A stretch of DNA of 64,000 bases from Geminicoccus sp. (GTDB lineage: Bacteria > Pseudomonadota > Alphaproteobacteria > UBA7985): the NCBI GenBank assembly GCA_002708995.1, contig PAPT01000032.1, positions 100,039 through 164,038 of the forward strand. The letters run 5' to 3'. Positions within the stretch are counted from its first letter, which is position 1; each line of letters opens with the position of its first letter. The notes beneath the pieces are model-generated. The model made no database searches and was not told the DNA's origin. It saw only the letters and a program-made list of their open reading frames with translations. Positions 29,834-40,696 of the stretch are shown here, one piece after another. The translations under genes and the position numbers were made by a program.

Positions 29834-30337
29834 ATGCTGCGATGGGGCATTCTACTCGCGCTGGCGGTGCTGGCGGCCGATCAGGTGACCAAGGCCCTGA
29901 TCGTCGCCAATCTCCCCGTTTACTCCGCTGCAACACCGGTGGTGATCGACGTCACGCCCTTCCTCAACATCTGGCACGTTCGGAATTCGGGGATCGCGTT
30001 CTCGATCGGGAATTTCAACGATGGCGGCCGCTACTTCATCGGCGCGCTGGCCTTTGCCGTGGCAGCCGGGCTGATCATCATTGGGCGCAAGAGCAGCAGC
30101 AATCTGGTGGTCGCGGCCTATGCGCTGATTGCCGGCGGTGCGCTCGGCAATGCCTTTGACCGGCTCAACCCGGGCCGAAAGACGGTGGTGGACTTTATCG
30201 ATTTCCACGTTGCGGGCCTGCACTGGCCCTCGTTCAACGTGGCAGATTCGGTGATTGTCGTGGGGGTTGCCCTTATTCTGGCCGATATGTTGTTCTTGGC
30301 TGACCGGCGAGCGTCTTCGTCGTCTTCGCAGGAGTAG
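29834..30337 (+). CDS. lspA: Lipoprotein signal peptidase II
   Basis: DQVTK, NSGIAFS, GGALGNAFDR, VVDFI, FNVAD. Confidence 0.95.
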   Translation: MLRWGILLALAVLAADQVTKALIVANLPVYSAATPVVIDVTPFLNIWHVRNSGIAFSIGNFNDGGRYFIGALAFAVAAGLIIIGRKSSSNLVVAAYALIAGGALGNAFDRLNPGRKTVVDFIDFHVAGLHWPSFNVADSVIVVGVALILADMLFLADRRASSSSSQE

Positions 30338-30347
30338 GGCTTCAACC

Positions 30348-31058
30348 ATGTCGATGGGCCGGATCGTCGTTTCTCTGATTATCGGTACCGCTTCAGTCGG
30401 TGGGCTGACCGGGTGCGGGAGCCTGACGAGGGGGCTGGGCTACTTCACCAGCGCCGGTCTGGTCGACGAGTACGCCATCCCGCAGAACCGCAGCCTCGCC
30501 ATGCCGACGGATTTCTTGCGCCTGCCCACGCCGCATAACGAAGTGTCTCAGGCGGAGAGCCTGCCCACCCCCGACGAAATCGAGGCTCTGGTGTTCACGC
30601 TCGAACCCGAGGCAGCACCCGAAGAGCAGTACCTGCCGATCACGGTCATCGCGGACGAAGTGCCGCAGTACCAGCCCATAGGCCGCATCGTGGCCAGCGG
30701 CTCGAATGGTGCCGCGACCCAGTTCCAGGTCTCGACCCAGACCAATTCGGGCGGATCGATCTTCCCGGTGGTCCCAGTACCGCCGACCGCCGCTGCGACC
30801 GCTCCGATCCCCGTGATTGCAACCCCGGGAGCAGCGGCCGCGGCCACAGGCTCAGAACCGGCCTTGGTCCCGCTGACCGCAGAGCAGGCCGCAGCCCTCG
30901 CGACCATGGCGGTTGAAGCGCCGGTTCCGGTGATCCCGGCGACCTCTGAGGCGATCCCGGCAGCCGTCGGCCCTGGCGCCGAGCCCGCCTTGCAGTGGAT
31001 CACATCCCTGCCAGCTGGCGTGTCGATGATGGGTGAGCGGGTCGTCGTCTCGCGATAA
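30348..31058 (+). CDS. DUF3035-like lipoprotein with Ala/Pro-rich tail
   Basis: Lipobox LTGC, DEY...SLAMPTDF..LPTP; sits between lspA and the M16 pair. Confidence 0.7.
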   Translation: MSMGRIVVSLIIGTASVGGLTGCGSLTRGLGYFTSAGLVDEYAIPQNRSLAMPTDFLRLPTPHNEVSQAESLPTPDEIEALVFTLEPEAAPEEQYLPITVIADEVPQYQPIGRIVASGSNGAATQFQVSTQTNSGGSIFPVVPVPPTAAATAPIPVIATPGAAAAATGSEPALVPLTAEQAAALATMAVEAPVPVIPATSEAIPAAVGPGAEPALQWITSLPAGVSMMGERVVVSR

Positions 31059-31124
31059 TGCCCCATTTAAGGGGCAGAAGGCGGGTCTCTCCGCCCTGAT
31101 CGCAACAACGACGCTGAGACCACA

Positions 31125-32483
31125 ATGAATAAACTGTTGCTCACTTTCGCCGGTGCGCTGGCGTCACTGGTCGCCCTGCCTGCCGGGGCGCTTTACGAGC
31201 AAGCGCGCTGGATGACCCTCGACAACGGCATGGACGTGATCGTCATCGAAAACCACCGCGCGCCCGCCGTGCACGCCCGTGTTGCCTACAAGGTCGGGGC
31301 GCTGGATGAACAGCCCGGCACCTACGGCATCGCCCACGTGCTCGAACACATGATGTTTCGCGGCGCGCCGCCGCTGAACGGCAAGGGCCTCGCGCCGGGC
31401 GAGTACGACGCAACGCTCGACCGCATCGGCGCGGACAGCAACGCTTCGACTTCGGCCAACCTGACGTCCTACTACGCCTGGTTCGGGTCCGAGCATCTGG
31501 AGACCTTCCTCGTCCTCAACGCTATCCTGATGAACGGCCTCGACGCCGATGCCGACCAGCTGGAGAACGAGAAAGGCGTGGTGCTGCAGGAATACCGCCA
31601 GCGGTGGGAGAACAGCCCCGCCGCCCGCGCCGCCCACTTCCTGCGCGCAGATTTGCGCGGGGTCGCCGCCTATGATCACCCGATCATCGGCATCAAAGAA
31701 GACTTCGAGGCCCTGACCCCGGCCGACCTGCTAGACTTTCACCAGACCTGGTACCACCCCAACAATGCGGTGCTGATCGTCGCCGGTGACGTGGTCCCGG
31801 AGGAGGTCTTTGCCCTCGCCGAGCAGCACTTCGGTGGCTTCGCGGCGGTGCCGGTCCCGGCCCGCGTCCGGCCCGATGCCGAGCGTCCGTTCGAGGCTGA
31901 TTTCGAGACCGTGACCGACGCGCTGATCACCCAGCCCTCGGCCCGTCGGGCGTGGCGCCTGCCGGAGGTGGTGGCGGAAACCGGGGTCGAGGCCTTTCGG
32001 GTCCGCTACGCGGCGCGGCTGCTGTCGTCCATGCTGACCTCGGGGCTGGATGCGCCCTTCACCCGCTATCTGCAGACCGAGCGTCAGATCGCGCTGGGTG
32101 CCGGGTTCTCACTAGTCCTCGATGAGGGCCAGGACTGGGCGATCCTCAGCGTCGAACCGGTGGAGGGACAGGACCCCGTTGCCGTGCTCGATGAGGCTGA
32201 AGACTTTCTGCGCAACTGGCTGGAAAACGATCTGACCACCGAGCGGCTGGAGCGGCAGAAGCGCCGCTTCGTCAACGGCCTTGTCTACGCCGCCGACAGC
32301 ATCGATGGTCCGGCAACCTCGTTCGAGAGCGTGGTCGCGACCAACGGCGACTACGGTGTGTTTCTGACCCTCGAAGACACCATCAATTCCATGACAATCG
32401 ACGACATCCGCGCCGTGGCGGAGCTGTTTCTTGACCAGGCCAGCGTCCCCAAGACGCTGGTCCTCGGCCCGCTGGAGGAATAG
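31125..32483 (+). CDS. M16 family zinc peptidase, catalytic subunit
   Basis: GIAHVLEHMMF (HxxEH), WYHPNNAVLIVAGD; signal peptide. Confidence 0.92.
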   Translation: MNKLLLTFAGALASLVALPAGALYEQARWMTLDNGMDVIVIENHRAPAVHARVAYKVGALDEQPGTYGIAHVLEHMMFRGAPPLNGKGLAPGEYDATLDRIGADSNASTSANLTSYYAWFGSEHLETFLVLNAILMNGLDADADQLENEKGVVLQEYRQRWENSPAARAAHFLRADLRGVAAYDHPIIGIKEDFEALTPADLLDFHQTWYHPNNAVLIVAGDVVPEEVFALAEQHFGGFAAVPVPARVRPDAERPFEADFETVTDALITQPSARRAWRLPEVVAETGVEAFRVRYAARLLSSMLTSGLDAPFTRYLQTERQIALGAGFSLVLDEGQDWAILSVEPVEGQDPVAVLDEAEDFLRNWLENDLTTERLERQKRRFVNGLVYAADSIDGPATSFESVVATNGDYGVFLTLEDTINSMTIDDIRAVAELFLDQASVPKTLVLGPLEE

Positions 32484-32486
32484 GCG

Positions 32487-33845
32487 ATGAGAACCCTGAT
32501 CCCGAATTTGCGGCGCCCCGCGCTGTCACTCGCCGCTGCTGGTGCTGCCGGCCTGATCGCGGTCTTCAGCCTCGGCCAGCCCGCCGCTGCCATTGATATT
32601 CAGGTGGTGCCGATCATCGACGAAGTCGATGCGTGGCTGGTGGAGGATCACACTAACCCGCTGATCACGCTCAAGTTCGGCTTTGAAGGCGGCTCCCGCT
32701 GGGACGAACCGGGCAAGGAGGGCACCACCTCGCTGGCCTTTGGATCGCTGAACGAGGGTGCGGGCGAGATGAACGCCGAAACCTTCCTCGGACTGCTGCA
32801 GGATGAGGCCGTCTCCATGGCTGGCAGTGCCGGGTTCAAGTGGTCGACAGTCAGCTTCCAGACCCCGACAGCGTCGATCGACTTTGCCTTTGATCAGCTC
32901 GAAACCATGCTCACCGACCCGGCCTTTGACCCCGAAGGCGTAGAGCGCATGCGCCGCGATGCCCTCGCCGGTGCCGCCCAACGCGCTCGAGCGCCCGGCG
33001 CGCAACTGGGTGAAGCTTTCTTCGATGCGCTCTGGGGTGAAGACGACCCGCGGAACCGCAAGTTCAGCGGCGATCTGGAGACCATTCCGGCGATCACGCA
33101 GGCCGACCTGTTCGCGGTCAAGGACCGCATCATCGGTCGCAACAATGTCATCATCGCAGCGGTTGGCGACATCACGCCTGACGAGCTGCGCCGCCGGGTG
33201 GCGCCGATCCTCGCGCGTCTGCCCGAGGCGACCCCGCCCGACGACCTCGCGCCGCCAGCGTTTGCGCGCTTCGAGGCCCCGGTCGCTATCGACTTCGACC
33301 AGACCCAAACCATCGTCTACGCGGTTGCACCGGCCTTCCCGCGCACCGACCCGGACAACTACGCCGCGCGCGTGGTCAGCCACATCCTCGGTGCCGGGGG
33401 GCTGAGCTCGCGGCTGAGCGAGCGGGTCCGCAACCAGCTCGGGTTGGTCTATGGCATCAACAGCAGCTATTCGGGCCGCGCCGACTATGGCTCGGTATCC
33501 TTTAACTTCGCCACGGCCAATGAGGCTGCCGATGATGCGCTGGATGCGACGCTGGAAGTCTGGCGCGACTTTGCTGAAAACGGCCCAACGGCCGAGGAAG
33601 TCGAGGAGGCCATCGCCTACCTCACCGGCTCCTATGCCAACTACTTCCTCAACTCGAATGACGTCGTCGACTACGTGCTCAGCATCCAGATTCAGGATCT
33701 GTCGCCTGATTTCCCCGAGTTCCGCAACGACCTGTTCCGCGCGGTGACGCTGGAGGATGCGCAGCGAACGGCACAGCGGCTCTACAGCGAAGAACTGCGC
33801 TATGGTCTGGTGGGTCGCCCTACGGCGTTTTCACCGGACGAGTAG
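32487..33845 (+). CDS. M16 family peptidase, non-catalytic subunit
   Basis: AWLVEDH, ILGAGGLSSRL...VR...GLVY; lacks HxxEH. Confidence 0.9.
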   Translation: MRTLIPNLRRPALSLAAAGAAGLIAVFSLGQPAAAIDIQVVPIIDEVDAWLVEDHTNPLITLKFGFEGGSRWDEPGKEGTTSLAFGSLNEGAGEMNAETFLGLLQDEAVSMAGSAGFKWSTVSFQTPTASIDFAFDQLETMLTDPAFDPEGVERMRRDALAGAAQRARAPGAQLGEAFFDALWGEDDPRNRKFSGDLETIPAITQADLFAVKDRIIGRNNVIIAAVGDITPDELRRRVAPILARLPEATPPDDLAPPAFARFEAPVAIDFDQTQTIVYAVAPAFPRTDPDNYAARVVSHILGAGGLSSRLSERVRNQLGLVYGINSSYSGRADYGSVSFNFATANEAADDALDATLEVWRDFAENGPTAEEVEEAIAYLTGSYANYFLNSNDVVDYVLSIQIQDLSPDFPEFRNDLFRAVTLEDAQRTAQRLYSEELRYGLVGRPTAFSPDE

Positions 33846-33908
33846 GCCACGCCAAATGAGGTCGGAACCGGGCTTGCTTTCAAGCCTGGTTTCCGGCGAA
33901 ATCGGGGT

Positions 33909-34682
33909 ATGCAATTCGACCCCGATCCCCTGCTCGGCCCCAACGATCCCCCGCCCTTCCACTGGGTGCAGCGGCGTCCTGCGCAGCGCGTGCTGCTGCT
34001 CAATGATCACGCCGGGTTTCGCACGCCTGAGGCGCTGGGTGATCTCGGCCTGCCCGACTACGCCTGGCACAGCCACATCGTCGGCGATTGGGGGATAGAG
34101 GGGCTGGGCCGGGATCTGGTGCAGCGGCTCGATGGCTCGTTAATCGAAGGGGTTTACTCCCGCGCCGTGCTGGATTTGAACCGGCGCCCGACCGACTGGG
34201 ACATGGCTGGCGCCGTGCTCGACGGCGTGTCCGTCCCTGCCAACTGCGACCTAGCGCCCGCATCCTACGCCGCCCGGATCGAGGCGATCCATCGTCCCTA
34301 CCACGACGAGATCGAGGCCTTTATCGCCGAGATGGAGCATCCGAACCCGCTGATCGTGCACTGTCACTCCTTCACCGACTGCCTGATGTCGATACCCGAC
34401 GACCCGCGACCGTGGGAAATCGGGCTGCTGCACTACTGCGAGGAAGACCGCGCAGGGGCGGCCATCGACTGGCTGCGGCGGCACACCAACTACAAGGTTG
34501 GGGATAACCAGCCCTACGACCTGTTCGAGCGGATGACAGGCTCCTACGCTCTGCACAACATGCACCGGACCTTGCCTGCTATCACCTTTGAAATCCGACA
34601 GGATCTCATCACCACGGCGGCGGAGGTTGACCATTGGGCCAGCCTGCTCGACGCCATGATCAAGGACGTGTTTCAGCCATGA
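33909..34682 (+). CDS. N-formylglutamate amidohydrolase family protein
   Basis: DHA, HI..DWG, YSR..DLNR, HRPYH, HSFT, GDNQPY, EIRQDLI. Confidence 0.88.
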   Translation: MQFDPDPLLGPNDPPPFHWVQRRPAQRVLLLNDHAGFRTPEALGDLGLPDYAWHSHIVGDWGIEGLGRDLVQRLDGSLIEGVYSRAVLDLNRRPTDWDMAGAVLDGVSVPANCDLAPASYAARIEAIHRPYHDEIEAFIAEMEHPNPLIVHCHSFTDCLMSIPDDPRPWEIGLLHYCEEDRAGAAIDWLRRHTNYKVGDNQPYDLFERMTGSYALHNMHRTLPAITFEIRQDLITTAAEVDHWASLLDAMIKDVFQP

Positions 34683-34987
34683 CAGACCTGGATACCGCCA
34701 CCCGGACCGAACTCGAAGCCGCCGCCTTCCGCTCCCTGCGCGCGCACCTGATGGAGCGCAGCGACGTGCAGAACATCGACATGATGAACCTCGCTGGTTT
34801 CTGCCGGAACTGCCTGTCGCGCTGGTACGGTGAAGCCGCCAGCGAGCGCGGGATCGAGATGTCCAAGGACGAGGCACGCGAAGCCTTCTACGGCGAACCC
34901 TACGAGGACTGGCGCGCGAAGCACCAGACCGAAGCAACCACGGAACAGCAGGCTGCCTTTGCCAAGGCCGCTGCAGCGGAGAAATGA
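34679..34987 (+). CDS. DUF1244 domain protein
   Basis: ELEAAAFR.L..HL..R.DVQNIDMMNLAGFCRNCLSRWY. Confidence 0.92.
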   Translation: MTDLDTATRTELEAAAFRSLRAHLMERSDVQNIDMMNLAGFCRNCLSRWYGEAASERGIEMSKDEAREAFYGEPYEDWRAKHQTEATTEQQAAFAKAAAAEK

Positions 34988-35298
34988 CAATGTCCGACGA
35001 ATTCGACAACGAACTCGACCAGATCATGGCTGACACTACGGCCAAGGCCGAACCCATGCCTTCGGGTACCCCGGCGGCGGCGGCGCTGATCCAGTTCATC
35101 GAGCGCGTCGAGCGGCTGGAAGAGGAAAAGGCCGGTCTGATGGAGGACATCCGGTCGGTCTACGGCGAGGCGAAAGGGGCCGGTTTTGATCCCAAGATCA
35201 TGCGCGCCATTGTGCGCCTGCGGAAGATGGAGCCCTCCGACCGGCAGGAGCAGGAAGCCCTGATCGAAACTTACAAGGCCGCCGTCGGCATGGGCTGA
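34984..35298 (+). CDS. gapR: GapR/DUF2312 nucleoid-associated protein
   Basis: FIERVERLEEEK...VYGEAKGAGFDPKIMR.IVRLRK. Confidence 0.9.
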   Translation: MTMSDEFDNELDQIMADTTAKAEPMPSGTPAAAALIQFIERVERLEEEKAGLMEDIRSVYGEAKGAGFDPKIMRAIVRLRKMEPSDRQEQEALIETYKAAVGMG

Positions 35299-35331
35299 GG
35301 CTGATTCCCCAGCCTACTCCCTCAAGTCAAC

Positions 35332-35829
35332 TCAGCCGTCGAGTTTGATGTCGGGCAGGGGCATGACTTCGATACCGTCGTCGAGCAGGGCGTTGACCTG
35401 CTCCTTCGAGGCTTTGCCCCGGATGCCGCGATCGGGCTTTTCGCCGTCGTGAATGGCGCGGGCTTCTTCGGCAAATTTATCGCCCACGTCTTCGTGGGTT
35501 TTCTCCACGGTGGCACGCACCGCGTGGAAGAACTGACGCGCGGCGGCGACCTGCTCCGGCGACCAGTTGTTCGGCGCTGAGGTGGTCTGAACCGACGGCT
35601 TTGCCTGACTGTCTGGCTGGGTCGGTGCTGGCAGCCCAGTGGTTTCCGCCTTGCCCCGGTTGCGACCCCCGCGCACGTTCGGCTTCATCAGTGTTTTCTG
35701 CACCGAGTCATCGTTGCAGTGCGGGCAGGTCACCAGACCGCGCTCGCGCTGGTCCTCAAAACTGGCGCTGTCCGCAAACCAGGCTTCGAAGCCATGGCCA
35801 TGAGAACACTGGAGGCTGAACTTGATCAT
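35332..35829 (-). CDS. DUF1178 family protein
   Basis: C..GH.FEAWF...CPHC, VGDKFAEEARAIH.GE. Confidence 0.92.
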   Translation of the reverse strand: MIKFSLQCSHGHGFEAWFADSASFEDQRERGLVTCPHCNDDSVQKTLMKPNVRGGRNRGKAETTGLPAPTQPDSQAKPSVQTTSAPNNWSPEQVAAARQFFHAVRATVEKTHEDVGDKFAEEARAIHDGEKPDRGIRGKASKEQVNALLDDGIEVMPLPDIKLDG

Positions 35830-35854
35830 GGCCGTAATTTAGGGAGTGGGTGGC

Positions 35855-36694
35855 TCAGTGGGAAGATGAGAGGTGAAAGGTTCTGGCGTGATCCAGTGCC
35901 GGGATCGCCTTGCGGGCCGCACTGACCTTCTCGAAGTCGAGGTCGAAGGCAAGGATACCGGGCTCGGTTTCCGAAGCCAGCTCTGCGACGATTTCGCCCC
36001 AGGGGCTGACCACGCAGGAATGTCCGTAGGTCCGCCGCTCTCCGGCGTGCTCGCCGCAGGTGCTCGCCGCCAGCACCCAGCTGCCGGTCTCGATCGCCCG
36101 GGCGCGCAGCAGCACGTGCCAGTGCGCCCGGCCCGTGCTCTGGGTGAATGCGGCAGGGATCAGCAGCACGTTGGCGCCGGCCATGGCCAGCGCCTGATGC
36201 AGCGCCGGAAAGCGCAGGTCGTAGCAGATCGTGTGACCAAGCACCGCCGGGGTGTCGGGCAGGGCGGAGAGCAGGGCTTCTTCGCCGGGGGTGAAAATCT
36301 CGCTCTCACCGTAGTGCTGGCCATCGCCGATTTCGACGTCGAATAGGTGAATTTTATCGTAGCTGTTGATGACCTCGCCCATGGGGCTGAACAGGATCTG
36401 GCGGTTGACCATCGACCCGGGAATTTCGCCCGCAACCAGCACTGATCCAAGGCACAGGAACACCGACAGCTCAGCCGCCAACCGCTGCCCCATGGCGAAA
36501 ACCGGGTCCTGTTCCAGCGGCAGGGCCTGAGCCATCATCACTTCGCGGTCGGGCTGAATGACATTGCTCGCTTCTGGTGTCAGGACCAGTTGCGGCGCGT
36601 CAGCAGCGGCAGTCTCACGGATCAGCGCTTCGAGGGCATCGGCGTTTTCCGCCGGGTTCGGGCCGACACAGAACTGAACGAGGCTGACTTTCAC
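35855..36694 (-). CDS. Carbon-nitrogen hydrolase (Nit1/deaminated glutathione amidase-like)
   Basis: PE, YDKIHLFDV, ICYDLRFP, AHWHVLLRARAIE. Confidence 0.92.
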   Translation of the reverse strand: MKVSLVQFCVGPNPAENADALEALIRETAAADAPQLVLTPEASNVIQPDREVMMAQALPLEQDPVFAMGQRLAAELSVFLCLGSVLVAGEIPGSMVNRQILFSPMGEVINSYDKIHLFDVEIGDGQHYGESEIFTPGEEALLSALPDTPAVLGHTICYDLRFPALHQALAMAGANVLLIPAAFTQSTGRAHWHVLLRARAIETGSWVLAASTCGEHAGERRTYGHSCVVSPWGEIVAELASETEPGILAFDLDFEKVSAARKAIPALDHARTFHLSSSH

Positions 36695-36873
36695 GGCTTT
36701 TTCCTTCTCTCGGCGCACCTTTTCCACCATTGTTGCGCAGGAACAGAGGCTCCCTTGCACAATGACGCACTGGTAAGGAGCACAGCCCTAAGCTAAAGGG
36801 AGTTCAGGGCCGTGGAAACCACCTTCACCGAAGATCGGATGCCCGCCTGTGAAAAACACTGAGAGTACCGGTT

Positions 36874-38091
36874 TTGGACTACGCTTCATTCTTTTCCGAC
36901 CGTTTGTCATCGCTGCATAATGAAGGGCGCTACCGCGTCTTTGCAAACCTTGAGCGGGTGTCGGGCAAGCACCCCACGGCGGTCTACCGCGATCCCCTGA
37001 CCGGGCAGGCGCGGGAGATTACCGTCTGGTGCTCGAACGACTATCTGGGCATGGGTCAGAACGTAAGCGTGCAGCAGGCCATGGCCAACGCGGCGCTGGA
37101 GCAGGGTGCAGGCGTCGGTGGCACGCGCAATATTTCCGGTACCAACCATCTGCACGTGGAATTGGAGCGGGAGCTAGCTGAACTGCACGGCAAGGAAGCC
37201 GGGCTGACCTTCACCTCCGGCTACGTGAGCAATCTCGCTGCGCTGGGCACGCTGGCTGCAAACCTCAAGGATTGCCTGATTTTCTCTGACCGGCTCAACC
37301 ACGCGTCGATGATCGAAGCGATGCGCTGGGCGCGCGCTGAGAAGGTGATCTTTGCGCACAACGACATGGCCGATCTTGAATCCAAGCTTCGTCAGGCCGA
37401 CCCCGATCGCCCCAAGATCATCGCCTTTGAGTCCTGTTACTCAATGGAGGGCGATTTCGCCCCCATCGGCACCATATGCGACCTCGCGGAAAAGTACGGC
37501 GCGCTGACCTACCTCGATGAAGTCCACGCGGTCGGGCTCTACGGGCTGCACGGCGGCGGGGTATCTGAGCGCGATCAGGAAGCGCATCGGATCGACGTCA
37601 TCGAAGGCACGCTGGCCAAGGCCTTTGGCTGCATGGGCGGCTATATCGCGGCCAACAGCGATATCGTCGACTTTGTCCGCTCCTACGCCTCGGCCTTCAT
37701 TTTCACCACGGCGCTGCCGCCGTCGCTGACCGCCGGTGCGCTGCAGGCTGTGCGCCACCTGAAGGCCAGCCAGCAGGAACGCCTGCGGCTGCAGGAACGC
37801 GCCGCGACGCTGAAGAGCAAGCTGCGCGCCGCTCAGTTGCCGTTCATGATGTCGGAAAGCCATATCGTGCCGGTGCTGGTCGGGGACGCGCGCCGCTGCC
37901 GCGAGGCCTCAGACATCCTGCTCGAAGATTTCAACATCTACGTCCAGCCTATCAACTATCCGACCGTGCCGCGCGGGACCGAGCGATTGCGCTTCACCCC
38001 TGGGCCGATGCACACGGATGGAGACATGGACCACCTGGTCGCAGCGCTGCAAGCGACCTGGGACCGCCTGAGCCTGTCGCAAGCTGCCTGA
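36874..38091 (+). CDS. hemA: 5-aminolevulinate synthase
   Basis: [47 protein letters not shown] start. Confidence 0.96.
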   Translation: MDYASFFSDRLSSLHNEGRYRVFANLERVSGKHPTAVYRDPLTGQAREITVWCSNDYLGMGQNVSVQQAMANAALEQGAGVGGTRNISGTNHLHVELERELAELHGKEAGLTFTSGYVSNLAALGTLAANLKDCLIFSDRLNHASMIEAMRWARAEKVIFAHNDMADLESKLRQADPDRPKIIAFESCYSMEGDFAPIGTICDLAEKYGALTYLDEVHAVGLYGLHGGGVSERDQEAHRIDVIEGTLAKAFGCMGGYIAANSDIVDFVRSYASAFIFTTALPPSLTAGALQAVRHLKASQQERLRLQERAATLKSKLRAAQLPFMMSESHIVPVLVGDARRCREASDILLEDFNIYVQPINYPTVPRGTERLRFTPGPMHTDGDMDHLVAALQATWDRLSLSQAA

Positions 38092-38159
38092 AACCCTTCG
38101 AAATCGGAGTCGATTTAGCCCATATGTGCAACGACAAGCTTTACTAAGGCTGGGAAACA

Positions 38160-38471
38160 ATGCTCGTCGCGACCCTAGTTACCATCGCAGAAGCTCTGCA
38201 GTTCGCCGTTCGGGTGCTGAACTTGATCCTGCTGGTTTACATCGTCATCGGCTGGCTGCGTGTGTTCAACGTGGGCTTTGCCTTCAACCCAGTCGTAGGT
38301 CAGATTTACGTCGGGCTGCACTCGGTGCTGGACCCGATCCTGTCGCTGATCCGTCGCGTCATCCCGACCCGCTTCGGCGGTATCGATATTTCCCCCATCG
38401 TTCTGCTCGGCGGGCTATGGCTGATGCAGACCTTCGTAAGAACCTGGGCGCGCCAAATCATGCTCGGCTAG
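38160..38471 (+). CDS. YggT family membrane protein
   Basis: P.L..IRR.IP.RFGGIDISPIV. Confidence 0.9.
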   Translation: MLVATLVTIAEALQFAVRVLNLILLVYIVIGWLRVFNVGFAFNPVVGQIYVGLHSVLDPILSLIRRVIPTRFGGIDISPIVLLGGLWLMQTFVRTWARQIMLG

Positions 38472-38657
38472 GGCGAATGGCCGGAAAAGCGGCCGGTCTT
38501 CGCCAGAGGCTGTCGCTTTAGCGATTGCCGGTGCCTGCTTGCGCCCTATGGTCGCGCCAGAACATATCCGGGAGTGCCGTACAGGCATGGGCGAGGGCGG
38601 GGCCTGCCCGCAGTAGCCGCCACGCACCCGCCGGATCGAAACAAGGAGCACAGCGCC

Positions 38658-39554
38658 ATGACAGCGAAACTGATCGACGGTAAGGCCTTTGCGGCCGGTC
38701 TGCGCGAGCGTGTGAAGGGCGGCGCCGATGCCCTGATGGGCGGCCACGGCGTCACGCCCGGTCTGGCTGTGGTGATCGTCGGTGAAGACCCGGCCAGTCA
38801 GGTCTACGTGCGCAACAAGGTTAAGCAGACCGCTGAAGCCGGGATGGATTCCATCCATCACGAACTGCCTGCAACCACCGAGCAGTCCAAGCTTGAAACG
38901 CTGATCGACACGCTCAATGCCGACCCGAAAATCCACGGCATTCTGGTGCAGCTGCCCCTGCCTAGCCATATCGACAGTGACGCCGTGCTGGCCCGTATCG
39001 TGCCGGAAAAGGACGTGGACGGTTTCCACGAGGTCAACGTTGGCCGCCTCTCGATCGGCGCGACCGGCAACGCCAAGCCGATCATTCCCTGCACGCCCTG
39101 GGGCTCACTGATGCTGATCAAAGACACGCTGGGCGAAATTTCCGGCGCGAACGCCGTTGTCGTCGGCCGCTCGAACATCGTCGGTAAGCCGATGGCGCAG
39201 CTGCTGCTCGGCGCCAATGCTACGGTCACCATCGCGCATTCTCGCACCCGAGACCTGCCGGCGCTGTGCAAGACCGCCGATATTCTGGTCGCCGCTGTGG
39301 GCCGTCCGGAGATGGTACGCGGCGACTGGGTGCGCAACGGCGCCTGTGTGATCGACGTTGGCATAAACCGCATCCCGAAAGACGACGGCAAGACCCGGCT
39401 GGTCGGTGACGTCGCCTTCGATGAGTGCCTCGGCCACGCCGGTTCTATCACCCCAGTGCCGGGCGGGGTCGGCCCCATGACCATCGCCTGCCTGCTCGCC
39501 AACACCCTGACGGCGGCGCACCGCTCGCTGGGGCTGGATGACCCCGAGGTCTGA
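38658..39554 (+). CDS. folD: Bifunctional methylenetetrahydrofolate dehydrogenase/cyclohydrolase
   Basis: [45 protein letters not shown]. Confidence 0.97.
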   Translation: MTAKLIDGKAFAAGLRERVKGGADALMGGHGVTPGLAVVIVGEDPASQVYVRNKVKQTAEAGMDSIHHELPATTEQSKLETLIDTLNADPKIHGILVQLPLPSHIDSDAVLARIVPEKDVDGFHEVNVGRLSIGATGNAKPIIPCTPWGSLMLIKDTLGEISGANAVVVGRSNIVGKPMAQLLLGANATVTIAHSRTRDLPALCKTADILVAAVGRPEMVRGDWVRNGACVIDVGINRIPKDDGKTRLVGDVAFDECLGHAGSITPVPGGVGPMTIACLLANTLTAAHRSLGLDDPEV

Positions 39555-39700
39555 TCTGATCCCCTGATCCGCAGAACACAGCGTCGACCCAGCATCACTC
39601 AGGTGTGAGCCAGCGTTCGCAGGCTTGTGTCGCCTTTCCCCGCCGGTGGTCTATGTTATCGGCCAGACATCGCATGCGACAGGACAGGGGAATTCGGCCC

Positions 39701-40672
39701 ATGACACCCATCATCCGGCCCGACTGGTGGCTGCCAGAGAGTGCAGCAACCGATGAGAGCATTTACCGCAACCGCCGCGACATCCTGAAGGCTCTGGGCA
39801 TCGGCTCCGTCGGTGCCGGCCTGGCACTGAGTGGCGGTCTGCCGGCCGGTGCAGACACCAGCGACCTGTACCCGGTTGATCGCAACCCGAGTTACGCCGC
39901 GACGCTCAATGGCCGTCCCATGACCAGCTACCAGATCGCCACGACCTACAACAACTACTATGAATTCGGCACGTCGAAGAAGGTCTCTGCCAACGCGCAG
40001 AAGCTGACCACCGAGCCGTGGCCCATCGAGATTGGCGGGTTGGTCAACAACCCGATGACGCTGGATTTTGAAGACCTCGTGCGCAAGATGCCGCTCGAAG
40101 AACGCGTCTACCGCCTACGCTGTGTCGAGGCGTGGTCCATGGTCGTGCCGTGGTCGGGTTTCCCGCTGCGCGAGCTTGTGAAAATGGCCGATCCGACCTC
40201 GGATGCGAAATACGTGCGGCTGACATCCTTCCTCCGCCCCGACGAAGCCCGACAGCAGTACCGCAGCCGCTGGCCCTTCCCCTACGTCGAGGGGCTGGAG
40301 CTGGCCGAAGCCACCAATGACCTCGCCTTTATGGTGACGGGGTTGTACGGCGAACCGCTGCCCAAGCAGAACGGCGCGCCCATGCGGCTGACCGTGCCGT
40401 GGAAGTACGGCTTCAAGCACAACAAGGGCATCACCCGCATCGACTTCGTGGCGGAAAAGCCGATGACCTTCTGGATGACCGCAGGGCCGGCCGAATACGG
40501 CTTCTTCGCCAACGTGAACCCGGAGGTGCCGCACCGGCGCTGGTTGCAGGCTACCGAGCGGGATATCGGCCGCCGGGGTCAGCAGATGGAGACCCAGCTC
40601 TATAATGGCTACGCGGCGCAGGTGGCGTCGCTGTACACCGGTCGCGACTCTGGCCGCGACATCTTCTTCTGA
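39701..40672 (+). CDS. msrP: Protein-methionine-sulfoxide reductase catalytic subunit MsrP
   Basis: Tat signal NRRDILK, YNNYYEFG, RLRCVEAWSMVVPW, QNGAPMRL.VPWKYGFK. Confidence 0.93.
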   Translation: MTPIIRPDWWLPESAATDESIYRNRRDILKALGIGSVGAGLALSGGLPAGADTSDLYPVDRNPSYAATLNGRPMTSYQIATTYNNYYEFGTSKKVSANAQKLTTEPWPIEIGGLVNNPMTLDFEDLVRKMPLEERVYRLRCVEAWSMVVPWSGFPLRELVKMADPTSDAKYVRLTSFLRPDEARQQYRSRWPFPYVEGLELAEATNDLAFMVTGLYGEPLPKQNGAPMRLTVPWKYGFKHNKGITRIDFVAEKPMTFWMTAGPAEYGFFANVNPEVPHRRWLQATERDIGRRGQQMETQLYNGYAAQVASLYTGRDSGRDIFF

Positions 40673-40696
40673 TCGGACTGGACTGGACTGGCGGAC

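Noticed and set aside
30772..30784. 13-bp match (TCCCAGTACCGCC) to the tRNA-Val 3' end, a possible att site
   Set aside because: Lies inside a CDS, the intervening genes are core, and there is no integrase; probably chance.
33909..35298. Amidohydrolase-DUF1244-GapR operon as a novel system
   Set aside because: A commonly seen alphaproteobacterial arrangement.
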